NCBI GenBank assembly: GCA_913043225.1
Contig: CAJWLU010000008.1
Location: 32,001-96,000 of the forward strand
Origin: an uncultured Acidobacteriota bacterium
GTDB lineage: Bacteria > Acidobacteriota > Vicinamibacteria > Vicinamibacterales > UBA8438
Direction of reading: 5' to 3'
DNA length: 64,000 nt
The translations under genes were made by a program, and so were the position numbers. The first letter of the stretch is position 1. Every line of letters begins with the position of its first letter. Shown here in pieces: positions 9,129-18,755 of the stretch. A model generated the notes under the pieces. That model saw nothing but the letters and a program-made list of their open reading frames with translations, made no database searches and was not told where the DNA came from.

Positions 9129-9740
9129 ATGGCGTTTCCCTGGCGAATCTCTGGCGAGATCGTACTGAGCTGTAATTGTGATGTGTTCTGTCCTTGCGTG
9201 ATCTCGCTAGGGAAGGCGCAGCCGTCCCAGGGCGTCTGCCACACCTGGTGGGGGCTGCGGATTCATGAGGGACATGCCGGGGACGAGTCTCTCGACGGGC
9301 TCAACATAGCGGCGGTGATGGACATTCCCGGACCGTTGGCGCACGGCGACTGGGCGGTTGGACTCTACATCGACGAGCGAGCGACCCCGGCCGCGGTCGA
9401 GCGGTTGACCGAGATTCTCACCGGTCAGGCCGGAGGCACGACGGGGTGGTTCCGGATCGTGATCTCGCGCCTGCTCGGTACCCGCCAGGTGCCGATCACG
9501 TTCGAAGATACGGACAAGGGGTGGTCGGTCCAGATCCCCAAGATCATCGATGGCACGGTCGAACCGATCACTGGCGCGGCCGGGGAGGGCGAGACTCGAG
9601 TGACGAACTCGGCCTACTGGGTGGCTCCCGACGTGGTGGTGTGCTCCGGCACGCGGAGCCGATACCGCGACTGGGGACGCAACTGGAACCTGTCTGGACT
9701 GAGCGCCGAGTACGCCAAGGTAAAGTGGTCGGGCCCCTAG
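9129..9740 (+). CDS. DUF1326 family protein
   Basis: N-terminal W...SCNCDVFCPC...C, YIDERA, GQAGG, C-terminal WSGP; GGAGG RBS; adjacent to DUF2182 as is usual. Confidence 0.9.
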   Translation: MAFPWRISGEIVLSCNCDVFCPCVISLGKAQPSQGVCHTWWGLRIHEGHAGDESLDGLNIAAVMDIPGPLAHGDWAVGLYIDERATPAAVERLTEILTGQAGGTTGWFRIVISRLLGTRQVPITFEDTDKGWSVQIPKIIDGTVEPITGAAGEGETRVTNSAYWVAPDVVVCSGTRSRYRDWGRNWNLSGLSAEYAKVKWSGP

Positions 9741-9871
9741 TCCTTTACCGATATGGCGGCGTGGCGGTGTGGCTTTGTCGGTCACAACCCGACTGGTTAC
9801 TCCTTCCCCGCGCTTGGCCGCGCACCCGTCTCCCCAAGACACTGTGACCCGGCTGGTATTTCAGCAGGCTG

Positions 9872-10783
9872 CTAGCCGTCGAGGCGGAGTTGTTCCGAGA
9901 GCAGACGGATGTGGTCCGGTCCGATACCACAGCAGCCGCCGATCAGTCGCGCCCCGGCGGCCACCCAGATGCGCGCCTGTGTCAGGTAGGTCTCGGGCGA
10001 GATCACGTCGTTGAACTGCCAGTTGGGCATCACGAACTGGCCCGAGTGCCCGTAGGCACCGAGCGGTCCCGTCCATTGCTGCTTGACCACCTCGAGTGCT
10101 GCCGCCACGTCACGGGCTTCGGTGTGCATCACGCTCACGAGACTGCCACCCTCGGCGAGGACTGGTCCCAGCGCCGAGGCCAGCGAGCCACGGTACGTCT
10201 CACTGAACAGCGCGACCCCGTCCTTGTCGCGACGGGCCGTGAACCCGACCCAAACCGGTATCCCGGTGGCGGCTGCGGCACGGACGGCGGCCGCCGAGTA
10301 ATCGAGGTCCCACATCATCTCTAGCAGGAGAAGGTCGGGATTCGCCTCGGCCAGCACCTCGGCCTGTTCACGGAAGTTGGCTTCCGCCTGGGCTACCGGC
10401 ACCATGTACTTCCGATCGAAGTGAATCGATGACATCGAGGCGGCGACGGCGATTGGCCGGTCGAGGTTGGTCCGCTCTCGCGCTTCGAGGGCCAGTTCCA
10501 CCGCGCGGTGATTGAGCTCACGGAACTGGGCTGAGAGACCCGCTGGTTCGAGTTGGTGGCGAGCGGTCGAGAACGAGTTCGAGGTGATGATGCTGGCGCC
10601 GGCTCGGATGTAGTCCTGGTGGACCGAGCGTATCGTGTCCGGGTGGGTGACCAGCGCGGCCGCGCTCCAGGCAGCGCCATCCATCGGCACGCCACGCCGT
10701 TCGAGCTCAGTGCCGGTGGCGCCGTCGAGGAGGACGAGCTGCCTGTCGGCCAGACGCGCGCCCAGGGTTTCGACCACAGACAT
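9872..10783 (-). CDS. Homocysteine S-methyltransferase family protein
   Basis: LLDGATGTELERRG, HQDYIRAGA, IGGCCGIGPDHI; start re-called at MSVVETL. Confidence 0.9.
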   Translation of the reverse strand: MSVVETLGARLADRQLVLLDGATGTELERRGVPMDGAAWSAAALVTHPDTIRSVHQDYIRAGASIITSNSFSTARHQLEPAGLSAQFRELNHRAVELALEARERTNLDRPIAVAASMSSIHFDRKYMVPVAQAEANFREQAEVLAEANPDLLLLEMMWDLDYSAAAVRAAAATGIPVWVGFTARRDKDGVALFSETYRGSLASALGPVLAEGGSLVSVMHTEARDVAAALEVVKQQWTGPLGAYGHSGQFVMPNWQFNDVISPETYLTQARIWVAAGARLIGGCCGIGPDHIRLLSEQLRLDG

Positions 10784-10853
10784 GACTAGACCGGGACTGT
10801 AACATGAGGCCCGTTGGCCGTTGCCGGACCGTTCGGCCTCGAGGAGGACGCAG

Positions 10854-11912
10854 ATGATTAGGGTCGGAACCGTTGTGTTGTTTGTCGCCGTCGTGCTGGC
10901 GGCTGGGTGCGACAATCCCGCGACCACCGTGATGGCGCCTGGAGCCGATCCCCCTGGGTTCACCGAGTATGGTGCTCATCCATGCGAGATGGTCGGCGAG
11001 GTCGGCTTCGTGTGCGACATGATCAGTCCTGAGGACATTGCCCTAGTGCCCGATTCGGACTGGGCCATCGTGTCCGGGGCGCAGGAGGGTGGTCGGATCT
11101 ACGCGGTGCACAAGGCCGACAAGACCGCGACGACGCTGTTCCCGGCGACCGGCGCGGTCGAGCGGCTGGACGCGCGTACCTATCCGACTTGTCCCGGCCC
11201 GCTGGCCGAGGGTGAGTTCCGAGCACATGGTCTCTACCTGAAGGCGAGACGAGAAGGGCCGCACGTCCTGTATGTTGTCCATCACGGCACCCGTGAGTCG
11301 ATCGAGGTGTTCGACGTGGATGGCGCTACCTCGCCTCCCACCCTGACCTGGGTCGGGTGCGCGCCGGCGCTGTCGATGCTGAGCCTGAACAGTGTGGTCG
11401 CTTTGCCCGAGGGTGGGTTCGCCACGACCAGCGCGCCGACCGACAACGTCTGGGAGTGGCACACGTCAACCGGTTGGCGTCCGGTACCCGGGAGCGACGG
11501 GACGTCGCCCAACGGGCTCGAGATCTCGCACGATGGTCGCTGGCTGTACATCGCTGGCTGGGCTGAAGAGAAGTTGACGCGCATCTCTCGCGCACGCTCC
11601 CCTCTCGAGCGGGATGAGATCCAACTGGGCTTCCGGCCGGACAACCTGCGGATGTCGGTGGATGGGAGCGTCATGTGGGCCGCAGGGCATACCGACCGGG
11701 ATGGGAACTCGATCACGCTCCCGAGGACGCCCCTGTCAGAGACGTCCAACGTGGCGGCGATCGATCCCGAGACGCTGGAATTTCGGAGGATTCTTGAGCA
11801 ACCGGCTATCAACGGGTTCGTGTCGTCGACCACGGCGATCCAGGTGGGAGACGAACTCTGGCTCGGCTCTTACCGCGGGGACCGGATGGCGTATCTGACG
11901 ATGCCCGAGTAG
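10854..11912 (+). CDS. Paraoxonase/SMP-30-like six-bladed propeller lipoprotein (putative lactonase/arylesterase)
   Basis: Lipobox LAAGC; PEDI, HGL, ESIEVF, LNSVVA, PNGLEIS, PDNL motifs. Confidence 0.75.
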   Translation: MIRVGTVVLFVAVVLAAGCDNPATTVMAPGADPPGFTEYGAHPCEMVGEVGFVCDMISPEDIALVPDSDWAIVSGAQEGGRIYAVHKADKTATTLFPATGAVERLDARTYPTCPGPLAEGEFRAHGLYLKARREGPHVLYVVHHGTRESIEVFDVDGATSPPTLTWVGCAPALSMLSLNSVVALPEGGFATTSAPTDNVWEWHTSTGWRPVPGSDGTSPNGLEISHDGRWLYIAGWAEEKLTRISRARSPLERDEIQLGFRPDNLRMSVDGSVMWAAGHTDRDGNSITLPRTPLSETSNVAAIDPETLEFRRILEQPAINGFVSSTTAIQVGDELWLGSYRGDRMAYLTMPE

Positions 11913-11916
11913 CGCT

Positions 11917-12678
11917 GTGACCCATCCCAAACTAACGGCCTTGCTGCGTGCGGCGGAGCGGGTCCTGGTGTTCACCGGGGCTGGTATCTCGACGGGAAGC
12001 GGCATTCGCGATTTTCGCGGACCAAACGGCGTCTGGAAGGAACGTCAGCCCATCTACTTTCAGGATTTCATGACCTCGGATGCGGCCCGGGTCGAATATT
12101 GGGACGAGAAGTGCGAGGCGTGGCCGTCGTTTCGTGACGCGGAGCCGAACCGGGTCCATACCGCGGCCGTCGGTCTGGAGCGGGCGGGCAAGCTGGCCAT
12201 GGTCGTGACCCAGAACGTCGACGGTTTGCACGGCAAGGGCGGTACGTCACCCGAGCGATTGGTCGAACTGCACGGCACCAACACCGCCATCGAGTGCATG
12301 ACCTGTCACGAGCGCAGCGACCCCGAGTCGCACGTGCAGCGGTTTCTCGAGACCCGCGCGGCGCCGCTGTGTGCGTGCGGCGGCTACCTGAAGCCGGCCA
12401 CGATCAGTTTCGGGCAGAATCTGGCACCCCAGGATCTTGAGCGCTCCGCGCGCGCCGCGGCCGAGGCCGACCTGGTGATTTCACTGGGGTCGACCCTGTC
12501 GGTGTACCCGGCGGCCGGGGTTCCACTGACGGCGGCCCGACGGGGGGTGCCCTATGTGGTGATCAATCGCGGGGCGACTGAGCACGACTCGGACCCGGCG
12601 GTTACCCTCCGGCTCGACGGAGATGTCGTTGAACTGTTCCCGCTTGCGGTGGATGTGGCGCTCGGTTTACCTGCCTAG
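11917..12678 (+). CDS. cobB: NAD-dependent protein deacylase, Sir2 family
   Basis: TGAGISTGSGIRDFRG, TQNVDGLH, ELHG, Zn-binding CMTC/CAC, GSTLSVYPAA, INRG. Confidence 0.93.
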   Translation: MTHPKLTALLRAAERVLVFTGAGISTGSGIRDFRGPNGVWKERQPIYFQDFMTSDAARVEYWDEKCEAWPSFRDAEPNRVHTAAVGLERAGKLAMVVTQNVDGLHGKGGTSPERLVELHGTNTAIECMTCHERSDPESHVQRFLETRAAPLCACGGYLKPATISFGQNLAPQDLERSARAAAEADLVISLGSTLSVYPAAGVPLTAARRGVPYVVINRGATEHDSDPAVTLRLDGDVVELFPLAVDVALGLPA

Positions 12679-12687
12679 CGATAGGCA

Positions 12688-13677
12688 CTACCGCTCGGAG
12701 TACTGACCGATGTGGTCGAGCAGCAGGGCGTTGAGCTGGTCCGGCGCCATGTCCGGGATCCAGTGGTTGATCCCTTCAAGGATCTCGAACCGATACGGCC
12801 CATCGACATATTCGCCCGTGAGCTCGGCCCCATCGCGGCAGAGGGCAGTGTCGCCGTCACTCCACACGAACATGGTGGGTACGGTGATGCTGCCGAGCGC
12901 CGGGGCAGTCGGCTGGCGGTTCTCGATATTGGCTCGATACCAGTTGAGTGCTGATCCGAGCGCGGGCTTGGTGCCCAGTACCCGCACGAACTCCTCGATC
13001 GCGTCTGCCTCCATGCCGGCGTAGACGCCCCGGAGGCCGGCGGCGTTGTCGGCTAGGAAGCCGTCCTCGGAGTTGGGCTGGACGAACATGTCGAAGTAGG
13101 CCGAGGCGGCGGGCTGGCAGGACTGAGGGTCGGCCAGCACCCGGGCGAAGGCGTCGAGGTGGGGTACGGAGATCGGCGTGACCGAGATCACCCGATCTGG
13201 GATTTCCGCCGCGACCCCCCAGGCCACGATGGCGCCCCAGTCGTGGCCGACCATGTGAAAGCGCTCGGTCCCGAGCGCGTCGCTCATGCCGACGATGTCT
13301 GCGACCAGCAGATCCAGCGTGTAGTCCTCGACGGTCTCGGGTCTAGCTCCGGCCGAGTAACCGCGCTGGTTCGGGGTTACGACCCGGTAGCCGGCTGCGG
13401 CGAGCGCCCGCTGCTGGTGGCGCCACTCGTGGTTCGTCTGGGGAAAGCCGTGGAGCATGAGCACGAGCTCACCGTCGTCGGGTCCGGAGGACCGGATGTC
13501 GAACGTCAGGTCGCCGACTGACAGCTGATTGTCGACGATCGTAACCGGCTCCGGCTCGACCGGAGCAGGGTCACTGGCTGCCGAGTCCGCGGCCGCCGGG
13601 TCGCCCGACCCGCCGCAGCCGGCGAGGGTCAGAAGAAGCGTGCTGAGCGAGGCGAGCGTTCTGAGGTGAGTGCGCAT
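12688..13677 (-). CDS. Alpha/beta hydrolase, epoxide hydrolase-like lipoprotein
   Basis: Lipobox LAGC; LHGFP, GHDWGA, LNWYRA, NHWIP; start re-called at MRTHLR. Confidence 0.9.
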   Translation of the reverse strand: MRTHLRTLASLSTLLLTLAGCGGSGDPAAADSAASDPAPVEPEPVTIVDNQLSVGDLTFDIRSSGPDDGELVLMLHGFPQTNHEWRHQQRALAAAGYRVVTPNQRGYSAGARPETVEDYTLDLLVADIVGMSDALGTERFHMVGHDWGAIVAWGVAAEIPDRVISVTPISVPHLDAFARVLADPQSCQPAASAYFDMFVQPNSEDGFLADNAAGLRGVYAGMEADAIEEFVRVLGTKPALGSALNWYRANIENRQPTAPALGSITVPTMFVWSDGDTALCRDGAELTGEYVDGPYRFEILEGINHWIPDMAPDQLNALLLDHIGQYSER

Positions 13678-13732
13678 GGCGCACAGTCTATCCCCGCGCG
13701 TGGCGAGTGCGTTATCGCCGAGCGGTGACGAT

Positions 13733-14518
13733 ATGATCCCGAGCGTGAAGATCGCGACCTGGAACGTGAACGGCCTGCGGGCCCGACTCGGCTTCCTGTG
13801 CCACTGGCTCGATGCCCGGCAGCCGGATATCGTCGGTCTCCAAGAGCTCAAACTCGACGATGCCGAGTTCCCGCACGACGAGATCCGCGCGGCTGGCTAC
13901 CATGCGGCGCTGTTCGGTCAGAAGGGCTGGAACGGGGTCGCCGTGCTCACGCGGGATCCGGCGACCGTCGTCCAACGCGGTCTCCCGGGTCAGGAGGGGT
14001 TCGGTTCACGCCTCATCACGGTGACGGTCGGCGATCTGTCGTTCACCACCGTCTACTGCCCGAATGGCAAGTCGGTCGAACACGACGACTACCCGCGCAA
14101 ACTGGAATGGTTTGAGAGCCTGACGGCGTACTTCGTCGATGCCCACGATGCGTCGCAGCCGACCATTCTGTGCGGCGACTTCAACATTGTGCCGGCGCCG
14201 ATCGACAGCTGGAACGAGGAGGCGATGCATGGCCGTATCTTCCACACCGACGCCGAACGGGAGCGCTATCAGCGTCTTCACACGTGGGGGTTCACCGACC
14301 TCTACCGGCACTACCTGCCAGACACGCAATTCTTCTCATGGTGGGACTATCGGGCCGGTGCGTTCCACCGGAACCACGGTCTTCGTATCGATCTGATCCT
14401 CGGGACCGTCCCAGTGGTGGAGCGGGTCCGCCATGTGGAGGTGGATCGGGACTATCGCAAGAAGAAGGAAGGGTTGACTGCCTCCGATCACGCCCCGGTG
14501 ATCGCCGAACTGGAGTAG
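13733..14518 (+). CDS. xth: Exodeoxyribonuclease III
   Basis: KIATWNVNG, LQELK, YCPNG, GDFN, FSWWDYR, GLRID, SDHAP. Confidence 0.95.
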   Translation: MIPSVKIATWNVNGLRARLGFLCHWLDARQPDIVGLQELKLDDAEFPHDEIRAAGYHAALFGQKGWNGVAVLTRDPATVVQRGLPGQEGFGSRLITVTVGDLSFTTVYCPNGKSVEHDDYPRKLEWFESLTAYFVDAHDASQPTILCGDFNIVPAPIDSWNEEAMHGRIFHTDAERERYQRLHTWGFTDLYRHYLPDTQFFSWWDYRAGAFHRNHGLRIDLILGTVPVVERVRHVEVDRDYRKKKEGLTASDHAPVIAELE

Positions 14519-14519
14519 G

Positions 14520-14855
14520 TCGACCAGCCGTCGCTCCGGGAGCGGTTCGAGCGGGTCGTGGTCCTGCTGCGTGTGAAGGGGCATCGATGAAGGCGTGTGT
14601 CGCCGCCGCGCTCGGCGACGTGGCCTCTTGCGGACCACCGACGACGCCGGTTCCCTTACCAATCCGATGGAGGAAGCCGGTGGCCTGTTCAGCATCGCGG
14701 TCCGGCACGGTCAGCCCGACGTGGTCAAGCTGCTGCTCGACCTCGGCTTTGACCCCGACGAGCGCATCTGGGCGGTCGAGCAGGACGTACCTGAGTGGGC
14801 CCGGCCCGCGGTGTGGGCGAGGATGATGGGCACGATGGGATCGTGGCCAGACTAA
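14520..14855 (+). pseudogene. Frameshifted ankyrin-repeat protein remnant
   Basis: Ankyrin-like pieces in different frames: ERVVVLLRVKG / VAAALGDVAS / GGLFSIAVRHGQPDVVKLLLDLGFDPDER; no credible full-length ORF. Confidence 0.55.
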
Positions 14856-14858
14856 AGG

Positions 14859-15449
14859 GTGAGGTTGACTAAACGTACTGGAGGTGCGCTGTCGCTGAGT
14901 CTTGCCGCGGGTCTGGCGGCGTCAGCGGTGGTCGCGCAAGGCCCCGACCTGCGATGGTTCGATGTCGACCGGTCGACGGTCACGCTGCAGGTGCTCGGTC
15001 CCGGCGACAATGTGGCGCTCGTCATGGACGCGCCGCTGACCGAGGGGTCGGTGGAAGACACCGAGAACCCCCACCTTGCTCTGGTCATCGATGTGGCCGG
15101 GTTGAGGGTGGTCGATGCTGCTCGCTCGACCGCCCAGCGTCAGGCGCTGCTCGAGCGGGTGATTGGTCTCGACGGACTCCACGGCGTGCGCTACACCCGT
15201 GTCACCTACCACTCTCTCTCGATTGAGCAGCCAGGTCAGGGTGTGTGGCTGATTCGCGGCGAGCTTGAGCTGAACGGCCGGTTTCTGCCGCTCGACGCCA
15301 GGGCCGAACGTGACGGGGACCGGTTTACCGGGTCAGCGCGGTTCGTGCCGGCCGACTTCGGCGTGGTGCCGATGCACTTGGGTCTCGCTGCCGGGCTGGT
15401 CGGTCAGGCGGTGGCGGTGGAGTTCGACGTCGTTCTCGAAGCTCAGTAG
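14859..15449 (+). CDS. YceI-like secreted protein
   Basis: Signal peptide; VDRSTV, Y..VTYHS, IRGELELNG, ADFGV, VEFDV pattern. Confidence 0.7.
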   Translation: MRLTKRTGGALSLSLAAGLAASAVVAQGPDLRWFDVDRSTVTLQVLGPGDNVALVMDAPLTEGSVEDTENPHLALVIDVAGLRVVDAARSTAQRQALLERVIGLDGLHGVRYTRVTYHSLSIEQPGQGVWLIRGELELNGRFLPLDARAERDGDRFTGSARFVPADFGVVPMHLGLAAGLVGQAVAVEFDVVLEAQ

Positions 15450-15456
15450 AAGAGGC

Positions 15457-16422
15457 TCACAACCCAGCGAGGGCCGCCTGTGCACACTCGTGGGCGACGG
15501 TGACATACCGGGCGACCGTGTCCGTACCCACCACGTAGGGGTGTGGACCACCGGGCTGTCGGGTGGCTAGGGCCGGGATCTTGGTCTTGGACCCGTCGAA
15601 GTTCGTGTGATTTGCGATCAGCACGTCGGCGCCAGCCTCCTCGACGATGTCCCGGAACCGCTCCGCCGAGTCGGTATACATCTGCAACCGCTCCCGGTCG
15701 GGACCGAAGTTGAACGCAGTGCCGCCCCAGGCCGCGGCTAGATGCGAGCGGCCGCCGTCGCGGACCGGGACCAGCGTGGAGATCGTGCCCTCGGTGTGAC
15801 CAGGGGTGAGATAGAGCGTCACCGTGGTGTCGCCGAGTGACAGCCGCTGTCCATCGGTTGCGACGATGTCCCGCTTCGGTTTCCAGGCGGGGTTTCGTTC
15901 ATCGAGCAGATCCCAATCGGCCGCGCCCATGACCACCTGACTACCATAGCGCTCCTGCAAGAGCTTGGCGCCCCCGGCGTGATCCAGGTGGGCGTGGCTG
16001 ACGACGACGTACTTGATGTCGGCTGGATCGAAGCCCATGGTGGTCAGGCCGTCGATGACCTCGTCTTCGACCGAGTAGTCGAAGATGGCGTCGATCAAGA
16101 TGATGCCGTCCGAGGTGGTCACCGCCCAGGCCGAGTAATCGGTCATTCCCACGTAGTACAGGTTATCGAACACCTGCACCGGCTCGGCGTACCAGGACTC
16201 TCTGGGTGGAGTTGGTCGCGGTCCACGGCGTGCGGTCCGCGGTGGTCGTGGAGCCGCGATGCGTTCCGCTTCGGCGCAGATCCGATCGAATAGCAGCACA
16301 TGGTCGTTGCCGGCCGCCTCGCGGGCTGCGTCGAGGTGTCGTTGAACGTCGGGCAACTGTGACAGTAGGGGAACCGTCGCGAAGCCGAGCGCGAGTACGG
16401 TGGCGGTGGCCAAACGTCTCAC
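15457..16422 (-). CDS. Secreted MBL-fold hydrolase, subclass B3-like
   Basis: PVQVFDNLYYVG, SHAHLDHAGG, TPGHTEG, IANH; GGAGG RBS; signal peptide. Confidence 0.88.
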   Translation of the reverse strand: MRRLATATVLALGFATVPLLSQLPDVQRHLDAAREAAGNDHVLLFDRICAEAERIAAPRPPRTARRGPRPTPPRESWYAEPVQVFDNLYYVGMTDYSAWAVTTSDGIILIDAIFDYSVEDEVIDGLTTMGFDPADIKYVVVSHAHLDHAGGAKLLQERYGSQVVMGAADWDLLDERNPAWKPKRDIVATDGQRLSLGDTTVTLYLTPGHTEGTISTLVPVRDGGRSHLAAAWGGTAFNFGPDRERLQMYTDSAERFRDIVEEAGADVLIANHTNFDGSKTKIPALATRQPGGPHPYVVGTDTVARYVTVAHECAQAALAGL

Positions 16423-16459
16423 TGTGTCCTCCAGTCGGATGCTAGCGGCCGAGCAGGCC

Positions 16460-17680
16460 CTAGGGCGCTGCGGTGAACAGGTCGAGGTCGATCGACCGTG
16501 CCATGGCTGCGTAGCCGAGCACGTTCGGGTGGATACCGTCGCAGTCGTAGATCGGCTCGACCAGGTCTTTGTCGCCGTCCGCCTGCATTACGGCGTCGAA
16601 GTCGAGTACGCCGTCGAGGTCGTCGTTATTTCGGATCCAGTCGTTGATCTGATGGCGGGCCGCGTTCCTCGCCGGGGTGAAGCCGAGGTTGGCCGGAAGG
16701 CCACGTGGCACCGGGTTGCGCGGGATGATGGTGGACGCGATCACCGTGAGGCCGCGGTCTTTCGCTCGTTGCATCAGCGTGTCTAGCCCAGCGATGACCT
16801 GGTCCGCTTCGGCGTCGCGGCGCAGATCATTGGTGCCGAGGAATAACACGACGTGGGTGACACCGGCCAGGTCGAGCGCGTCGCGATCGAACCGTTCGAG
16901 TCCGGGCGGGCTTCCCACCGGTGGTACTCGGATGACGGTGTTACCGCCGATGCCGGCGTTGACCATGGCCAGACGGGCGCCGCCATCACGCTCACGCAGC
17001 CGCGTGTAAAGGACGTCCTCCCACCGGTCATAGCCGTCTACCGTGGCACAGGAGCCATCGGTGATCGAGTCGCCGAAAGCGACGATCGCGCCACGCGCTG
17101 AAGACGAGTGAACCTCTATGGCCGAGAGCCAGTGGATGCTGTTCGTCGTGTCGAGGAATAGGTCCAGCTCGACGGCGGTTGTCAGGTCACCGGTGCCTGG
17201 TTCGGTGACATATGACGTAGTGAGTCCATTGCTGTGCTGGCTGCTCCGGACGTCGGTGCCGCGCACGTGCAGGCTAATGGCCAAACGTTGCTCGGCCTCC
17301 ACCGGCAGCGCTAGCGGGTCACTCACCACCAGTCCACCGGGAGGAATGGTTACCGACGGGCTGGCGCTGAATCGAATCGGACGGACAGAGTTGGGGACGA
17401 GTGCCGGGCCGCTGGCCTGGAGACCGATCGTTGCCGCCCCGATGTCGAGTGGTGCCTCGCCGAAGGTGTTCTCAAGTCGGATCCGAACTTGGTCGCCGGC
17501 AACCGTAGTCCGGGCGATGAGCCGAATCGTGGCGTCGGTCATCGACCAGGTTTCAGGGGAGGCGCTCTGCATCGATGAACTCCATGCGGCGACCCAGTCC
17601 TGCGCCTCGGCCGAGCTGACGGCCGTGAGCGCAAGCGCGCCAGTCGCGACTAGGTGTCGAGCGAAGGAGGTGGTCTGCAT
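16460..17680 (-). CDS. Secreted SGNH/GDSL hydrolase
   Basis: FGDSITDG, NAGIGGN, GTND, DGIHPN blocks; signal peptide; start re-called at MQTTSF. Confidence 0.92.
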   Translation of the reverse strand: MQTTSFARHLVATGALALTAVSSAEAQDWVAAWSSSMQSASPETWSMTDATIRLIARTTVAGDQVRIRLENTFGEAPLDIGAATIGLQASGPALVPNSVRPIRFSASPSVTIPPGGLVVSDPLALPVEAEQRLAISLHVRGTDVRSSQHSNGLTTSYVTEPGTGDLTTAVELDLFLDTTNSIHWLSAIEVHSSSARGAIVAFGDSITDGSCATVDGYDRWEDVLYTRLRERDGGARLAMVNAGIGGNTVIRVPPVGSPPGLERFDRDALDLAGVTHVVLFLGTNDLRRDAEADQVIAGLDTLMQRAKDRGLTVIASTIIPRNPVPRGLPANLGFTPARNAARHQINDWIRNNDDLDGVLDFDAVMQADGDKDLVEPIYDCDGIHPNVLGYAAMARSIDLDLFTAAP

Positions 17681-17793
17681 GGGCTGAGCATGCGGGATGC
17701 CGCGGTCAGCGTCAAACTCATGCGCGCTGGGCCGAGGAGACGAAGAACGCGGCATTGACCGGCGGTGCCGTTCCCGCCTATGGTGCCCTCACC

Positions 17794-18711
17794 ATGCGCT
17801 GTCTTGGCTACGCGACGGTCGCAGCGGCTGTGCTGCTGCATGCGGGTGTGGTCAGTGCCCAGACGGTCGCGGCTTGGAGCCCTTCGGGATACCCGAACCT
17901 GCAGGGTCTCTGGACCAACTCGACCACCACTCCGCTCGAACGTCCTGATACCGTGGCCGGGCAGCAGACTTACTCCGAGGAGGAGGTGGCCGCCATCGAC
18001 GCGGCCAACGCGGGACGGGCCGATCGGGAGCCGGCCGCGGGTGACCCTGGTAGCTACAATGAATACTGGTGGGAGCGCGGGACGGCGCTGGCGCGTACGT
18101 CGCTCATCGTGGATCCTGACGACGGACGCTTACCGTTCCGCACGGCCAAGGGTGACCGCCGCGCGGCATGGGCGCGCGGTACCGACAGTTGGGCAGATCG
18201 GAACCTGTCGGAGCGTTGTCTTACTCGCGGCGCCCCGAAACGTCCCGGTGGCTACAACAACAACTACATGATCCTGCAGACCGACGACTACGTCGTGATC
18301 CACCAGGAGATGATCAACGAGGCTCGGATCATTCCGATCGATGGGCGCCCTCACGTCGACGACCGGATTCGGTTATGGATGGGTGACCCCCGCGGACGCT
18401 GGGAGGGAGATTCCCTGGTGGTCGAGACTCTGAACTTTCGAGACGAGATCTATCAGAATGGGTTTAACTGTTGCCCGGGTGCGGGAGGGGCGCTCGCCAC
18501 GACCGAACGGTTCACGCGGGTCGACGACGACACGATTGAGCACCGGTACACGGTCGACGACCCCGAGTCCTATACGCGTGCGTGGACGGCGTCGATTCCG
18601 ATGCGGCGGTTTGCCGGACCGCTGTTCGAGTATGCCTGCCATGAAGGTAACTACGGCATGGAGAACCTGCTCTGCGGGGCTCGGGTGCAGGAGCAGGAGA
18701 TTCGACGCTAA
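17794..18711 (+). CDS. Secreted hypothetical protein, 'EYACHEGN' family paralog 1
   Basis: Signal peptide; PNLQGLW, TPLERP, RTSLIVDP, ERC, EMINE, WEGDSLVVET, FEYACHEGNY. Confidence 0.85.
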   Translation: MRCLGYATVAAAVLLHAGVVSAQTVAAWSPSGYPNLQGLWTNSTTTPLERPDTVAGQQTYSEEEVAAIDAANAGRADREPAAGDPGSYNEYWWERGTALARTSLIVDPDDGRLPFRTAKGDRRAAWARGTDSWADRNLSERCLTRGAPKRPGGYNNNYMILQTDDYVVIHQEMINEARIIPIDGRPHVDDRIRLWMGDPRGRWEGDSLVVETLNFRDEIYQNGFNCCPGAGGALATTERFTRVDDDTIEHRYTVDDPESYTRAWTASIPMRRFAGPLFEYACHEGNYGMENLLCGARVQEQEIRR

Positions 18712-18755
18712 TCGGTCGGGTTGCGACGTTTCGCAGTACCAACCAAGGAGGAGAG

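Noticed and set aside
15457..16422. True beta-lactam resistance gene
   Set aside because: B3-like motifs are shared by many non-beta-lactamase hydrolases; activity cannot be inferred.
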